Notes: generated by a model from the letters alone, not told the origin. A stretch of 26,732 nucleotides of DNA from Myxococcales bacterium (GCA_045863395.1 BTVJ01000097.1:1-26732); one strand, 5' to 3'. Positions 15,280 to 26,732 are shown, numbered from the stretch's first letter. Numbers and translations are program-made.

Positions 15280-16572
15280 TCAGAGGAAGAACAACACCGT
15301 GATGAGCAAGAACACGGGGATCAGCACCAGGGTCGACCAGGCCATGTATCCGAAGAACTCGGGCATCTTCACCTGGTAGGGCCCCGGGGCGCTGGCGATG
15401 GCCCGCACCATGAAGTTGGGCCCATTGCCGATGTAGGTGTTCGCCCCCATGAACACCGCCCCCACGGAGATCGCCGTCAGGATGTCGGGCGCCTGCGCGG
15501 ACAGCGCGGCGAAGCCCTCTGCGCCAGTCAGCCCCTGCGCCAAGGAGCCGAACGCCAGATAGGTGGGCGCGTTGTCCAGGAAGGACGACAGGAGCCCCGT
15601 CCCCCAGAAGAACTTCCACTGCACGTCGATGCCGAGGGCGGCACCCTCCGCCTTCAGCAGGCTCAGGGCCGGGATCATCGTGATGAAGATGCCGATGAAC
15701 AGCACCGCCACCTCGGTGATCGCCTCGAAGTCGAAGTGGTTGGCCTTGCGAATCTCCTTCTGGGTCAATGCCATGGACAGCCCCGCCATGGCGAGCATCG
15801 CGATCTCACGGACCGGCTCCCCGAGGAACAGGATGGAGGCGATGACCCCCGCGAGAAACAGGAAGTTGACCTTCCCGGTCAGGCTCAGCGGCTCGATGCG
15901 CGTCGCGTCGAGGTGCAGCGCCTGTCTCGTCTCCTGGGCATACTTGCGCTTGTCCCAGAGGTAGAAGATGCCGAGGAGCAGCCCCACTGCGGTCAGCCAC
16001 TCGGGCCACAGGGACAAGGTCCAGGTGAACGGAACCCCCCGTAGATATCCCAAGAAGAGAGGGGGATCCCCAAGCGGGGTCAGACACCCTCCGATGTTGG
16101 CCACCAGGAAGATGAAGAAGACAACGATGTGGGTCTTGTGCTCCCGCTCCGCGTTGGTCTGCATCAGCGGGCGAATCAACAGCATGGCGGCGCCGGTGGT
16201 CCCGAGGAAGTTGGCGAGGACCGCCCCTGTCGCCAGGAACGCGGTGTTCACTCCAGGGGTCGCCTTCAGGTCCCCCTTGAGGCGGATACCGCCTGAGATG
16301 GTGTAGAGGGAGCCGAGCAGCACGATGAACGAGAAGTACTCGATCAGCGCGTGGACCAGCTCGCTCCCGGCGCCGTGCGCCAGGTAGAAGGCAGCGACGG
16401 GCGTGGCCAGCGCCAGGGACACGATGGCCTTGTTGCGGTTGCGGTGCCAGAAGTGACCGGCGACCAGGGGGAGGATGGCGATGCAGAGGAGCAACGCGAC
16501 GAACGGGCCCACCCAACCCATGGCGGGGATGATGTGCGCCTCCGCGGAAGCGACGAGCACGAGTCCTGACAA
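15280..16572 (-). CDS. Putative sodium:proton antiporter (ion transporter superfamily membrane protein)
   Basis: Many hydrophobic helices; GTTGAAMLLIRP, ANIGGCLTPLGDPPLFLGYL, SSFLDNAPTYL and YIGNGPNFMV. TTG start chosen after GGGAGG. Confidence 0.85.
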   Translation of the reverse strand: MSGLVLVASAEAHIIPAMGWVGPFVALLLCIAILPLVAGHFWHRNRNKAIVSLALATPVAAFYLAHGAGSELVHALIEYFSFIVLLGSLYTISGGIRLKGDLKATPGVNTAFLATGAVLANFLGTTGAAMLLIRPLMQTNAEREHKTHIVVFFIFLVANIGGCLTPLGDPPLFLGYLRGVPFTWTLSLWPEWLTAVGLLLGIFYLWDKRKYAQETRQALHLDATRIEPLSLTGKVNFLFLAGVIASILFLGEPVREIAMLAMAGLSMALTQKEIRKANHFDFEAITEVAVLFIGIFITMIPALSLLKAEGAALGIDVQWKFFWGTGLLSSFLDNAPTYLAFGSLAQGLTGAEGFAALSAQAPDILTAISVGAVFMGANTYIGNGPNFMVRAIASAPGPYQVKMPEFFGYMAWSTLVLIPVFLLITVLFFL

Positions 16573-16687
16573 GGTGTTGCCTCCCGAGGGGCTGGAAGGG
16601 CAAGGCGGGCGCCGCGTCCCTCGGCCGGCAGCCCGGCCCCTTCTACTCCGGCTGGGGCCCCTCGACAACCCCCGTGCCTAGCATCGG

Positions 16688-17488
16688 TTACGAATCCGAC
16701 GCCGGGTGCGTCGCCTCCACCCGCTGCGATCCCTCCCCCCCGAACCGCTCGAAGGCAGCGTCATCAGGAAAGAACTTCCACAAGGGCCCCGCGACCCGGG
16801 CCTTGACCTCAAACCCGAAGAACCGGGTCCACTTCACACGGAACATCAGGTCCCGCATCTCGTTTACGTTCTCGCTCACGCGCCGGTAGGACGCCTTCTC
16901 GAGGAGCGGGGGCGGGGTGTAGTTGCGTTGCAGCCGCCGCGCCTCCTCCAGCGCCCGGTCGTCGAACCCCTGCAGCTCCGACTCGCGGCGCTCCCATGCC
17001 AGCTCGTCATGGTCGAGGCGCTCGACGCGCCCCACATTGCGCAGAAAGAACTGGGGCGTCGTCTCCTCCCGCTGCTCCTCCGCCTTGGCGACCGCCTCGG
17101 GCAGAGTGTCCTTCTCGTCGTCGAACGCCCGGTGGGGGCGCAGCACCGACCCGTCCGCCCGGATCCCCGAGAAGGCGGGGTTGTCCTCCACGTTCATGCC
17201 CACCGTCCGCCGCGGCCGGAAGAACCGGATGTCACGCGCCGTGGCGCCAATGCGGGGCGTCCGCGCGTCCAGATAGCGGGCGATGCACGGCCCCCCGTGA
17301 TACGGCCCCAACGACACCGGCTCGGTCAGCGTCCCGCCGCGCCACACCCCGAGAGACTCCCAGAACCCCACCTTGATCTCGGCCGCCCGACTCCAGCGCG
17401 GCCACTCAAGGGGCAGGATCACCTCGGGGTATCGGAACAGCCGCTCCCGCAGCCGCACCCGGTCCCGCGTGGGGAGAGCTCGCCCCAT
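16688..17488 (-). CDS. Hypothetical protein, last gene of the AAA/DUF1257/DUF2997 unit
   Basis: Starts 6 nt after the DUF2997 stop on the same strand; protein-like composition; no recognised motif. Confidence 0.65.
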   Translation of the reverse strand: MGRALPTRDRVRLRERLFRYPEVILPLEWPRWSRAAEIKVGFWESLGVWRGGTLTEPVSLGPYHGGPCIARYLDARTPRIGATARDIRFFRPRRTVGMNVEDNPAFSGIRADGSVLRPHRAFDDEKDTLPEAVAKAEEQREETTPQFFLRNVGRVERLDHDELAWERRESELQGFDDRALEEARRLQRNYTPPPLLEKASYRRVSENVNEMRDLMFRVKWTRFFGFEVKARVAGPLWKFFPDDAAFERFGGEGSQRVEATHPASDS

Positions 17489-17494
17489 GGGCAC

Positions 17495-17701
17495 CTACTC
17501 GTCGCCGACCTTGATGGTCTGGCCGGTGGTCTCCTGCTGGTAGTACTCGGCGGTCATGGACCGCTCGACCACCACGCCGAGCGCCTCCTCGATGTCCTTC
17601 GTGAGGTCGAGGCACTTCTTGCCGGGGGCGCCCTTCACCTCGAAGGAGACTCCGCCGTCCTCGTCGATCACGATCTCGATGTCCCGCTTCGTCACTCCCA
17701 T
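17495..17701 (-). CDS. DUF2997 family small protein
   Basis: IEIVIDEDGGVSFEVKGAPGKKCLDLTKDIEEALG.V......T.EYYQ; the start overlaps the DUF1257 stop. Confidence 0.85.
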   Translation of the reverse strand: MGVTKRDIEIVIDEDGGVSFEVKGAPGKKCLDLTKDIEEALGVVVERSMTAEYYQQETTGQTIKVGDE

Positions 17702-18093
17702 GATCGCACCCGAATCCTGATGTGGTTGTCTTCCGTGACCTCTTCCTCGGCCAGCGTGTAGCCCTTCTTGCGAATCTCCTGCATGACCTTGTGGTAGGCG
17801 TACCGCTGCTTGACTGCCGAGACGAACTCCTTCTCGGTCACGCCCCGCGTCGTCTCGACCCCCCACCAGTCCGCCACGAAGCTGACCCCGCTCGCCGTCA
17901 CCTTGACCCCGATGTCGTAGGTCTTCGAGGCGTGGATGGAGATCGTGGCCTCGGTGGTCTGCCCGAGGTAGCCCTTGACCGTGACGAACTGCTCCGCCTC
18001 GGCCTTGGTGAAGGCGTAATTCAGGTCCTTGAGCGCCAGCTCCAGACAGATCAGGTCGTGGATCTTCGTCTCGACCGATGTGAAGTGCGACAT
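17692..18093 (-). CDS. DUF1257 (Ycf35-like) protein
   Basis: MSHFTSVETKI.DL..L..AL.DL, VKGY.G, YDIG, VADWWG, QRYAY..V......GY. Confidence 0.88.
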   Translation of the reverse strand: MSHFTSVETKIHDLICLELALKDLNYAFTKAEAEQFVTVKGYLGQTTEATISIHASKTYDIGVKVTASGVSFVADWWGVETTRGVTEKEFVSAVKQRYAYHKVMQEIRKKGYTLAEEEVTEDNHIRIRVRSWE

Positions 18094-18096
18094 GGC

Positions 18097-19652
<1,556 letters not shown>

Positions 19653-19653
<1 letters not shown>

Positions 19654-21794
19654 CAGCTCTCCAGGAAGTTGCGGAAGTTGACGAGCTCGCGCTTCATGAG
19701 GTCCGCCTCGTCCTCCACGACGCGCACGAGGTCTTCGAAGGACGCCACCGCCCCGTCCACGTCCGACGCGTCCAGGGCGTCCCGCACCTCGGGCGTGATC
19801 GCCGCGGGCGGGAGCTGCTTGAGCGGCCCCACGGCCTTCTGGATGTCGCGCACGTAGGCCCGGAACAGGCTCACGTTGGAGCGCAATGAGATGAAGTTCT
19901 CCTGGAGCAGCTCGTAGCGCCCCACCAGGTTGCCGCGGAAGCCCTCGAGCTGCTCGTTGGACAGCGCGTGGTCCTGCGCCTCCTGCACCGCGCGGCCCAG
20001 GCGCTCCCGCATGTCCTCGAGCTGCTTCCGCGCCAGCGCGGCTTCGGTCTGGAGCCGCCGGTGTTCCTCGGGTGGGAACTCGGCGAGGCGCGCCTCCGCC
20101 CGCTGCAGGTCGACCCGCAGGCCCTGGAGCTCCTCCTCCAGGCGCGCGATGGAGCGCAGCTTCTCCTTGAGGTCCGGGTGGTCGCCGATGTCTACGGGCA
20201 TCTGGGAGCGCGCGACGAGGTCTGCCTCCAGCGCAGTGATGCGCGCCCCGTGCTCGTCCACCTGCGCGAGGGCCCCGTCCCGCTCCCGGGTCAGCGCCGT
20301 CACCTTGTCTCGCAGATCGTTGACCTCGCGGTTCTTGATGTAGAAGTCCTCGAGGAGCTTTCGGCGCTCGTCCTCCAGGTCCTTGATGCCCACGCCCATG
20401 CGGACCTGCAGGATCTCGCGGTCCTTCTCTTCCAGGTCGCGCCGGAGCTGCGTGATGGCGTTCTCCTTCTCGGAGATCACCTCCCGCAGCATGTTCATCT
20501 TCTTCTCGAGCTGGTTGATCTCCCCGCCGTCCCGGTTGAACGACGTCTGCAGCGCCTCGTTCTCGTCCTTGGCCGCCCGCAGCTCGAACTGCAGCAGGTC
20601 CACCTGGTGCTGGAGCTCCTCGATCTGCCGGTCCTTCTGGCTGACCCGGATCTTCAGCTCCGTGACCGCCTGGGTCGCCTCCCGCGCCGCTCCCCCGAGC
20701 GCGTCGATCTCGTGGTTCGCCTTCTGCAGCTCCCGCTCCAGGTCGGCGATGCGCTCCTCGAAGTCGGTGATCTGCTCCCGCGCCTCCTCCAGGCGCTGGC
20801 GCTGGTGGTGGTGCTGCTCCTTGACCTTGACGTACTTCTCGGTGACCGAGTCCAGCTCGACGCTGTAGCGCACATTGCGCTGCTCGATCTCGCGCATCTG
20901 CGCGCTCAGCTCGGCGTTGATCGCCCGCTGCTCGTTCAGATCCGCCTCCAACCGGGCCCGCGCCTGCTCGACCTGCTTGAGCTGCCTCGCCAGCTCCTTG
21001 GCCTCGCCGCCTCCGCGCTGGGCTGCCTTGTCTCGCAGCTCGTCCCGCTCCTGCTCGGCGCGGCTGGCGCGCTCCGCCGCCCGCGACAGCTCGTCCTGCA
21101 GCGCCGAGACGTCCGCCTCCACGCCAGCCGAGTCGCGCAGCGACATGCGCTGCACCCGGCTGCGGGTGCGCACCGCCGACTTCTCCTCGGGCTCGCGGGC
21201 GTCCCGCGCGGGCGCTGCGGACGTGCGTCGCACGGCCTCCGGTGCCGGCACCTCTCCGGAGTCGGACAGGGGCTTGATGTGCGGCCGCTTGCCCCGGTCG
21301 AACTTCGGCACCGCCGACGTCCCCCCTCGGACGTCCACGGCGGGCTCCTCGGACAGCACCACCGGGCGAGGCTCCGGCACGGCTCGCACAGGACGCGAGC
21401 GCTCGTCACGCTGCGGCTCGCGGAGCCCCGCGTCCGGCGGCGGCTCCTCGACGGCTCTCGTCCGGGGCCCCTGCTTCACCCGAGCGGGCGCCCCCCCGTC
21501 ATCGTGGAACCACAGCTCCACCTCGCCCACCTTGATGGCGTCGCCGCCTGTGAGCTTGGCGACCGTGCTGATGCGCTGATCGTTGAGCGTGGTCCCGTTG
21601 GAGCTGTTCTGGTCCTTGATCTGCCAGGCCCCGTCGGCGAACCAGACCAGGGCGTGCTTTCTCGATACGGAGCCGTTGCGGATGCGGATGGTGACCTCGT
21701 CTCCTCGACCGATGGAGACGGGCGGAGCGCTCGGGACCAGGTCGAGGGTGGCCTCGTTGCCGGTCTCCGTATCCCTGTACACCAGACGTGCCAC
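19653..21794 (-). CDS. FHA domain protein with a long C-terminal coiled coil
   Basis: FHA motifs IGR, SVSRKHA and DQNSSNGT; Pro/Arg-rich linker; about 450 aa of heptad-like E/Q/R/L-rich sequence. The stop overlaps the AAA start (TGATG). Confidence 0.88.
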
Positions 21795-21947
21795 TGTGCC
21801 TTGCTCCGAGCTGCATGGGGAGGCGCGGGGGCGCGTACAGGGCCGCCGGCTGCTTCCGGAGCAGTGAATGTAGCAGAGGGCTCGCGCGCAAGTCTACCCG
21901 GAAGGCGGGCGTGGCGCTGGTGGGTCGGTGTGGTGGGCGCAGAACAC

Positions 21948-22280
21948 TCAGCGCGGCGTGATGCACCTCCCGTTGATGTTCTGCTCGGCGTACTCCAGCA
22001 TCTCCGAGGCCAGGTCGAACTCAGCCTTCGAGATCGACCCGTCCCCCGCCATCTCCGAGTACTTCCCTCGGACGGCGCCCTGCTCCTGGTAGAGGGTGGC
22101 GGCGCACTCGACGGAGAGCTCGCCCGAGGCGAGGCCGGCGTCGATGCGCGCGAGCTGGTCGGCCTGCACGTCGTGGAACCGCTTGGAGACGAGCCCGGCC
22201 TCGACGCCCGACCCCGCCAGGGCCGTGGCGGAGAGCAGCGCTCCGGCCGTGATGATCGCTGCGAACGTTCGTGACTTCAT
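21948..22280 (-). CDS. Small secreted helical protein
   Basis: AGGAG RBS; Sec signal peptide (ALA); Q..RI..G..SGELS and DG.IS..E half-repeats. Confidence 0.7.
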   Translation of the reverse strand: MKSRTFAAIITAGALLSATALAGSGVEAGLVSKRFHDVQADQLARIDAGLASGELSVECAATLYQEQGAVRGKYSEMAGDGSISKAEFDLASEMLEYAEQNINGRCITPR

Positions 22281-22488
22281 GTGCGCTCCTGTTGGCCGAG
22301 CCCCTCACGGGGGTCCGGGCGAGGGTCCCTCCTCGATGCGCACCGGCTGTTCCGATGCGCGACCCAAGCCCCATCGGCACCAGCCCCCGAGGCCTTGAGG
22401 GGCACTTTCCGCTCATGCCTCCCGGCGGACGCGCCGATGGACGTCCCTGCGTGGCAGCAGAGCACCCGCCGCGCAGGAGGACCCTCGC

Positions 22489-23040
22489 ATGACCCATCGC
22501 ACCCTGGCCGCCCTCGCCCCCCTGTGCCTCAGCGCCTGTCTGTCTCTCGACTTCCCCTACACCCACACCAGCGACGAGTATGTAGTGGTTGGCGAGGCCG
22601 CCGAGGAGGGGAAGAGCGACTTCGCCGGCGGTGCCAAGGTGGTGGAGCTGACCAGCGGCTTCACGGATCTGTCCCTGGAGCTGCGCCTCGACGGTGTGAT
22701 GGAGCACCTGAACGACATGGCGCTGACCGGGTTCCGTATGGAGCGGACGCCCACCAGCGAGGCTGACGACAAGGATCGGGACGACCTCTCGTTCATCGAG
22801 CGCGTGGATCTCTACGTCATCGGTCGCGATGGCCTGCCGTCGTTCCTCATGGCCACCTATGACCGGGATCGGGACGGGTACGCCCTGGACGAGCTGCCCC
22901 TGACGATGCACGAGGAGCTCGGGCTCCGGCTCTACGTGGAGAAGGGGCTCAAGATGTACTTGATGATTCGTGGGAGCCTGCCCGACGACGACGTGTCGTT
23001 CCACATCGCCTCGGACTTCCAGGCGTACTACTCGCCCTGA
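22489..23040 (+). CDS. Hypothetical lipoprotein
   Basis: GGAGG RBS; lipobox LSA-C; acidic, beta-rich domain. Confidence 0.7.
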   Translation: MTHRTLAALAPLCLSACLSLDFPYTHTSDEYVVVGEAAEEGKSDFAGGAKVVELTSGFTDLSLELRLDGVMEHLNDMALTGFRMERTPTSEADDKDRDDLSFIERVDLYVIGRDGLPSFLMATYDRDRDGYALDELPLTMHEELGLRLYVEKGLKMYLMIRGSLPDDDVSFHIASDFQAYYSP

Positions 23041-23642
23041 GCAGGACCCTTGCACTCCGAGCGGGCCCCCAGATCGGCCAGAGGCAGCAGCTTCACCTCA
23101 CGGACGACCGTGTCTCCCTCTCGGGTGGTGTGATCCAGCGCCAGCAGGGCTCGGTCGTGGGTGGAGTCCGCGGAGAGGCCCGACAGCACACTGCCTCCCC
23201 CATGCCCGTCGATGAGCACCCAAGGGCGTCCGTCTCCGCCACTGTCGGGCAGCGTGAGGACGGCGGTCCCCTCCGGGTTCACGGCCAGCGAGCACGTCAT
23301 GCCAGGCAGGCGCAGGCCTCGGTCGGTCCTCGTCGCGGGCGCCGTCGGAACGAAGCCCTTCGACTGCAACCACTTGGCGATCTCTCGCACCTTGCTGGCG
23401 GGCGCCGCGGTAGAGGCCCTCCCCTCACCCGTGGGCCACGTCTTGAAGACGCGGCGGTCCACGGTGCCCTTGACCTCCACGTAGGCCATACCCCGCTCGT
23501 GGCTCGCGCAGGCCATCTTGGAGCCGTCCGGCGCCACGGCGAAGCACCCCACCAGGTCGCCCGCAGAGAGCGAGCCGAGGGTCGGAGGTGCGGCGGCAGC
23601 GGGCAGGGCCATGAAACCGATGAGCGCCATGAGCTTCTTCAT
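23028..23642 (-). CDS. Hypothetical secreted protein
   Basis: Signal peptide MKKLMALIGFMALPAAA; FAVAPDGSKMA beta-blade-like segment; 3' end overlaps the convergent gene by 13 nt. Confidence 0.6.
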   Translation of the reverse strand: MKKLMALIGFMALPAAAAPPTLGSLSAGDLVGCFAVAPDGSKMACASHERGMAYVEVKGTVDRRVFKTWPTGEGRASTAAPASKVREIAKWLQSKGFVPTAPATRTDRGLRLPGMTCSLAVNPEGTAVLTLPDSGGDGRPWVLIDGHGGGSVLSGLSADSTHDRALLALDHTTREGDTVVREVKLLPLADLGARSECKGPAQGE

Positions 23643-23722
23643 GACCTCGGAGCCTACTTCCGCTGCCCCTTCCGGTCAAAACCATCGCACGCTATAGTCC
23701 CGCGTCTCCCGGGAGGTGCACC

Positions 23723-24367
23723 GTGCCCGAGCTCACACTGTACGTCCGCGCGACACCGCTTCAGGTGGCCGCCGCCCTGCGTCGCCACTTCGCCATGCGC
23801 GGCTTCGACGTGGCGGCGCCGAGCAGCGCCGAGCCCGCCGCCATGAGCTTCCGGGTCGGCGCCGGTGCGCTGGTCGCCGTCACCGCCGCCCCAGTGGACG
23901 CGGTGGACGAGCTGCTCGCGGCGTCCCTGAGCCAGACTCTGCGGACCCGCACCGTGACGGTGGTCGACGGTGAGCGCATCGCCGCGGTCAAGCGGTGGGA
24001 GCAGGGGCGCCTCGTGGAGCAGGCTGGCGTCATGGGCGGTCAGGTCGTGGACGGGCAGGGCACGCCGCTGGCGGAGAGGCTGGAGGCGGGCGAGCTGGGC
24101 GCCGTGCTGGCGGAGCTGGGCATCGACACGGCGGCCCCCACTCGGGCGGTGGACCTCTCCTTCGTCCAGCGTGGCGGGCGGGGGGCCCCGGAGCTGGTCG
24201 TGGACCCGGGCCTCGCCTGCCCGCGCTGCGGCGGCCCCATGGCGAGCCGGAAGGGCCGCTTCGGGGACTTCTGGGGCTGTCTACGCTACCCGAGCTGCGA
24301 CGGGAAGCTGAACGCGACCCAGGCGACGGCCCTCCGAAGTCTGCGCCCCCTTCGCCCTACTGATTGA
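23723..24367 (+). CDS. Hypothetical protein with a C-terminal topoisomerase-type C4 zinc finger
   Basis: GGAGG RBS and GTG start; CPRCGGPM..R.GRFG.FWGC..YPSC. Confidence 0.78.
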   Translation: MPELTLYVRATPLQVAAALRRHFAMRGFDVAAPSSAEPAAMSFRVGAGALVAVTAAPVDAVDELLAASLSQTLRTRTVTVVDGERIAAVKRWEQGRLVEQAGVMGGQVVDGQGTPLAERLEAGELGAVLAELGIDTAAPTRAVDLSFVQRGGRGAPELVVDPGLACPRCGGPMASRKGRFGDFWGCLRYPSCDGKLNATQATALRSLRPLRPTD

Positions 24368-26525
24368 TCTTCTCGAGGGACATGCCGCCAGTGTACCCGT
24401 AGGACACGTCGTCGTCGTAGCCATAGACGATGATGCCGATGCCGCTCTCATCGACCGAGCGGATGGTGTGCACGCCGTCCGGGATGGGGAGCTGCGCCAC
24501 GGACCAGCCGGAGTTGCCTACCGGCTTGAGCTTGCTCAGGATGCTCGAATCGTTGAGGAGCACGTCGACGCCCGTCGGCGCGATGACGTTCGCGAAGTCC
24601 TGCAGGTACTTGGGTGGCGCCAGGAACGTGTACTCCTTGCGGAACTGCTGCACGGGCGCCGCCAGGATGAACGCCGGGTCTCCGATGGGCTCGCACGACC
24701 CGCTGACGCACGTGTGACCGTTCGGGCAGGTCGACTGCCCCGAGCCAGAGCAGAACGCAGGGAAGAGCGACGACCCGATCTCGAAGCTCGATGCCAGGAA
24801 CTGCCCCACCATGATGGGCTCCGTGGCGTCGATGGTGAAGTGCTGCTTCGACGAGAGCTCCACCCACTGACCGCGGTTGAGTGTCGGCGTCGGCCCTTGC
24901 GGCGGGTTGGTGATCACCTTCGTCCCGTCCTTGGACGCCAGGATGCGCCAGTAGTCGGGCTCGTTGCCGCGCGGCATGGCGCGGCTGGCGACGTAGGTCT
25001 TGCCCCACGCGCTGACGGGCAGCATCTGCTGCTCCAGGTGGTCGGCGCAGCACTGGGTCCCGGTGACGGCGGCCTCGTGCCCGCCGAACACCCCGACCGG
25101 CTTGGTGCTCGTGACCTCTGACCCCGTGAGGTCGCCGCAGGCCTGCTGCGGCGTCGCCGTCGCGCAGTTGGCGCCCGCCTGGATGCTCAGCACCTCGTAG
25201 GGCTGGAGCGTGGTGGTCCACGTGTCGCCCTTCTGGAGCGCGGGCACCTCACCCCCCGCAAGCGTGGGCGCGGTGACCTTGACGGTGACCTCCGTGTCCT
25301 CGAAGCCGGCGACGATCGTCAGGTAGCCCCGGTAGTTGTTTGCGGTCTGCCACCGGGACATCACGAGGTACTCGGTGCCCCAGGTGTTCGACGGCAACAG
25401 CACGGACGCGTCGTTGGAGTAGACGCCCACGTTCTCGAGCGGGTTGAACTGGTAGGCGATGATCGGCGCCGTCGACTCGATGCGCCACGAGCGGGGCCCC
25501 TTCATGGTCCCGTCCACGTTGTGCGGAGGCAGGTTGAAGATATGCAGCCCACCCGACGCCACGTCGGCCTCGACCTGGGGGGCGTCGGCCTTGCTCTTGC
25601 GGATCTTGACCTTCGCGACGCTGCTGCCGGGGTTGCTGACGACCACCGCGAACTGCGCGTTGTCGGCCCCCGGTGTGGCGCCCTCGCCGCTGGCGTTGTC
25701 CAGGTCCACGGCGAAGTAGTCGCACCCCACGTTGGTGTTGAACTTCAGGTCCGCCGCGCACAGGGACTGGCACTGGCCGCCGAGGCACACTTGGCTCTCG
25801 TCGCAGGTCTGCTGGAACACCCACCCCTTGCCGTCGTGAGAGCACTCGTAGGACTCCTTGCCCTGGCACTTGCGCTGACCCGGGTAGCACACCAGGCAGG
25901 ACCCGTTGATGCACTGGGCACCGTCGGTGCACTTCTCCAGCAGCTCGAAGGTGCTGCCGTCGTCGGCGCACCGCATGACGTCATTGGCCTGGCACACCGT
26001 CGCGCCGGGGGTGCAGCCCGCGCACTGGCCGCCCTCGCACGTCCCCGGCGAGCAGTCGAACAGCTCGAAGTCCGTCCCGTCGTCGTTGCAGGTCTGGATC
26101 GCCTTGCCGTTGCACACCTTGTCGCCCGGCTCGCACACGAGCAGCTTGCACGACCCGTTCTTGCAGAGCTGGTCGTCTCCGCAGTGGGAGTCCTCGATGC
26201 ACTCGAAGCACAGCATGGCCGGCGCGCACCAGGGCTTCTGAGCGGGGCAGTCGCCGTCGGTGGTGCAGGGGACGAGGGGCCCCGATCCGCCCGCGTCCCC
26301 CTCTGTCGCTGCGTCGCTCGCGCTGTCCGGCGCCGGACCCTGGACGTCCTTCTTGTTCCCCCAGCTCGGATCCAGCACGTCGGTGGACCCCACCACGTCG
26401 GGGACCCCGCCGCCGGGGCCACCGACGAAGCCGCCGCCGCCCTTGTTGCTGGAGCAGGCCGTCAGGAGGAGCGCGAAGAGGAGCGGCTCCAGGATCAGAT
26501 GCGAGGTACGGGTGGTGTGGCGCAC
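24357..26525 (-). CDS. Cys-rich lipoprotein with an IgGFc-binding-type domain
   Basis: GTG start after GGGAG; lipobox LTA-C; repeated C.PG...C.G.....C..DG units. Then GCDYFAVDLDN, AYQFNPL, SNDASVLLP, SDKP-like STKPVGVFGGH, CCADHLEQQ, GDPAF and SYGY.GG. Confidence 0.85.
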   Translation of the reverse strand: MRHTTRTSHLILEPLLFALLLTACSSNKGGGGFVGGPGGGVPDVVGSTDVLDPSWGNKKDVQGPAPDSASDAATEGDAGGSGPLVPCTTDGDCPAQKPWCAPAMLCFECIEDSHCGDDQLCKNGSCKLLVCEPGDKVCNGKAIQTCNDDGTDFELFDCSPGTCEGGQCAGCTPGATVCQANDVMRCADDGSTFELLEKCTDGAQCINGSCLVCYPGQRKCQGKESYECSHDGKGWVFQQTCDESQVCLGGQCQSLCAADLKFNTNVGCDYFAVDLDNASGEGATPGADNAQFAVVVSNPGSSVAKVKIRKSKADAPQVEADVASGGLHIFNLPPHNVDGTMKGPRSWRIESTAPIIAYQFNPLENVGVYSNDASVLLPSNTWGTEYLVMSRWQTANNYRGYLTIVAGFEDTEVTVKVTAPTLAGGEVPALQKGDTWTTTLQPYEVLSIQAGANCATATPQQACGDLTGSEVTSTKPVGVFGGHEAAVTGTQCCADHLEQQMLPVSAWGKTYVASRAMPRGNEPDYWRILASKDGTKVITNPPQGPTPTLNRGQWVELSSKQHFTIDATEPIMVGQFLASSFEIGSSLFPAFCSGSGQSTCPNGHTCVSGSCEPIGDPAFILAAPVQQFRKEYTFLAPPKYLQDFANVIAPTGVDVLLNDSSILSKLKPVGNSGWSVAQLPIPDGVHTIRSVDESGIGIIVYGYDDDVSYGYTGGMSLEKINQ

Positions 26526-26693
26526 GTCAGGTCTCCCGCGTCGGTGGAGCGTCTGGCCCCAAAAAGTCGCGGAACCATACCACAGCGGTGCGCGCGGGAT
26601 CGACAGAATGGAGGTTCCCGCTCGTGTGCTCGGAGGCTGAGACGAGAAGAGGGGCGCACCTCGCGGCACGCCCCTCTCCATAAACGAGCATGA

Positions 26694-26715
26694 GGCGCCG
26701 GCGGGAGCCGGCGCC
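26694..26715. terminator. GC-rich hairpin, possible terminator of a gene beyond the window edge
   Basis: GGCGCCGGC-GGGA-GCCGGCGCC, a perfect 9-bp stem; a minus-strand TAG lies at 26723..26725. Confidence 0.35.
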
Positions 26716-26732
26716 CGTCGGGCTAGGGCGCC

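Noticed and set aside
19700..21130. Coiled coil as an SMC or chromosome-segregation ATPase
   Set aside because: No Walker A/B, signature motif or hinge.

Overview
GC-rich bacterial DNA. The gene repertoire (Ser/Thr kinases, FHA-type sigma54 activator, Cys-rich IgGFc-binding lipoprotein) suggests a Myxococcota-like organism, which is inference. The left ~11 kb looks accessory: a possible IS66 right end cutting an FGE-sulfatase gene, a Ser/Thr kinase-FGE fusion, a C39-like peptidase lipoprotein, a divergent sigma54 enhancer-binding protein (bEBP) with a degenerate FHA-like N-terminus, a DUF6516/HTH toxin-antitoxin pair with a broken toxin, two M23 peptidase lipoproteins, a lone VirD4/HerA-like ATPase and an unlisted 43-codon FGE-tail ORF. 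The strongest hidden signal is regulatory. The C39 gene and the M23-M23-ATPase unit each have a correctly spaced sigma54 -24/-12 promoter, and both carry the motif GCGAACCGYGYAYG exactly 125 nt upstream. This points to a self-contained kinase -> bEBP -> sigma54 regulon driving probable cell-wall-lytic lipoproteins. The right part looks more core-like: a ferritin-like gene coupled to pyk, a beta-propeller lipoprotein, an SDR, a Na+/H+ antiporter, a tightly coupled FHA-coiled-coil / Ycf46-type AAA / DUF1257 / DUF2997 / unknown operon, small exported proteins, a topoisomerase-type Zn-finger protein and an IgGFc-binding lipoprotein. No rRNA, tRNA, CRISPR array or reverse transcriptase was seen. 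All family calls come from motifs read by eye; no database search was run.
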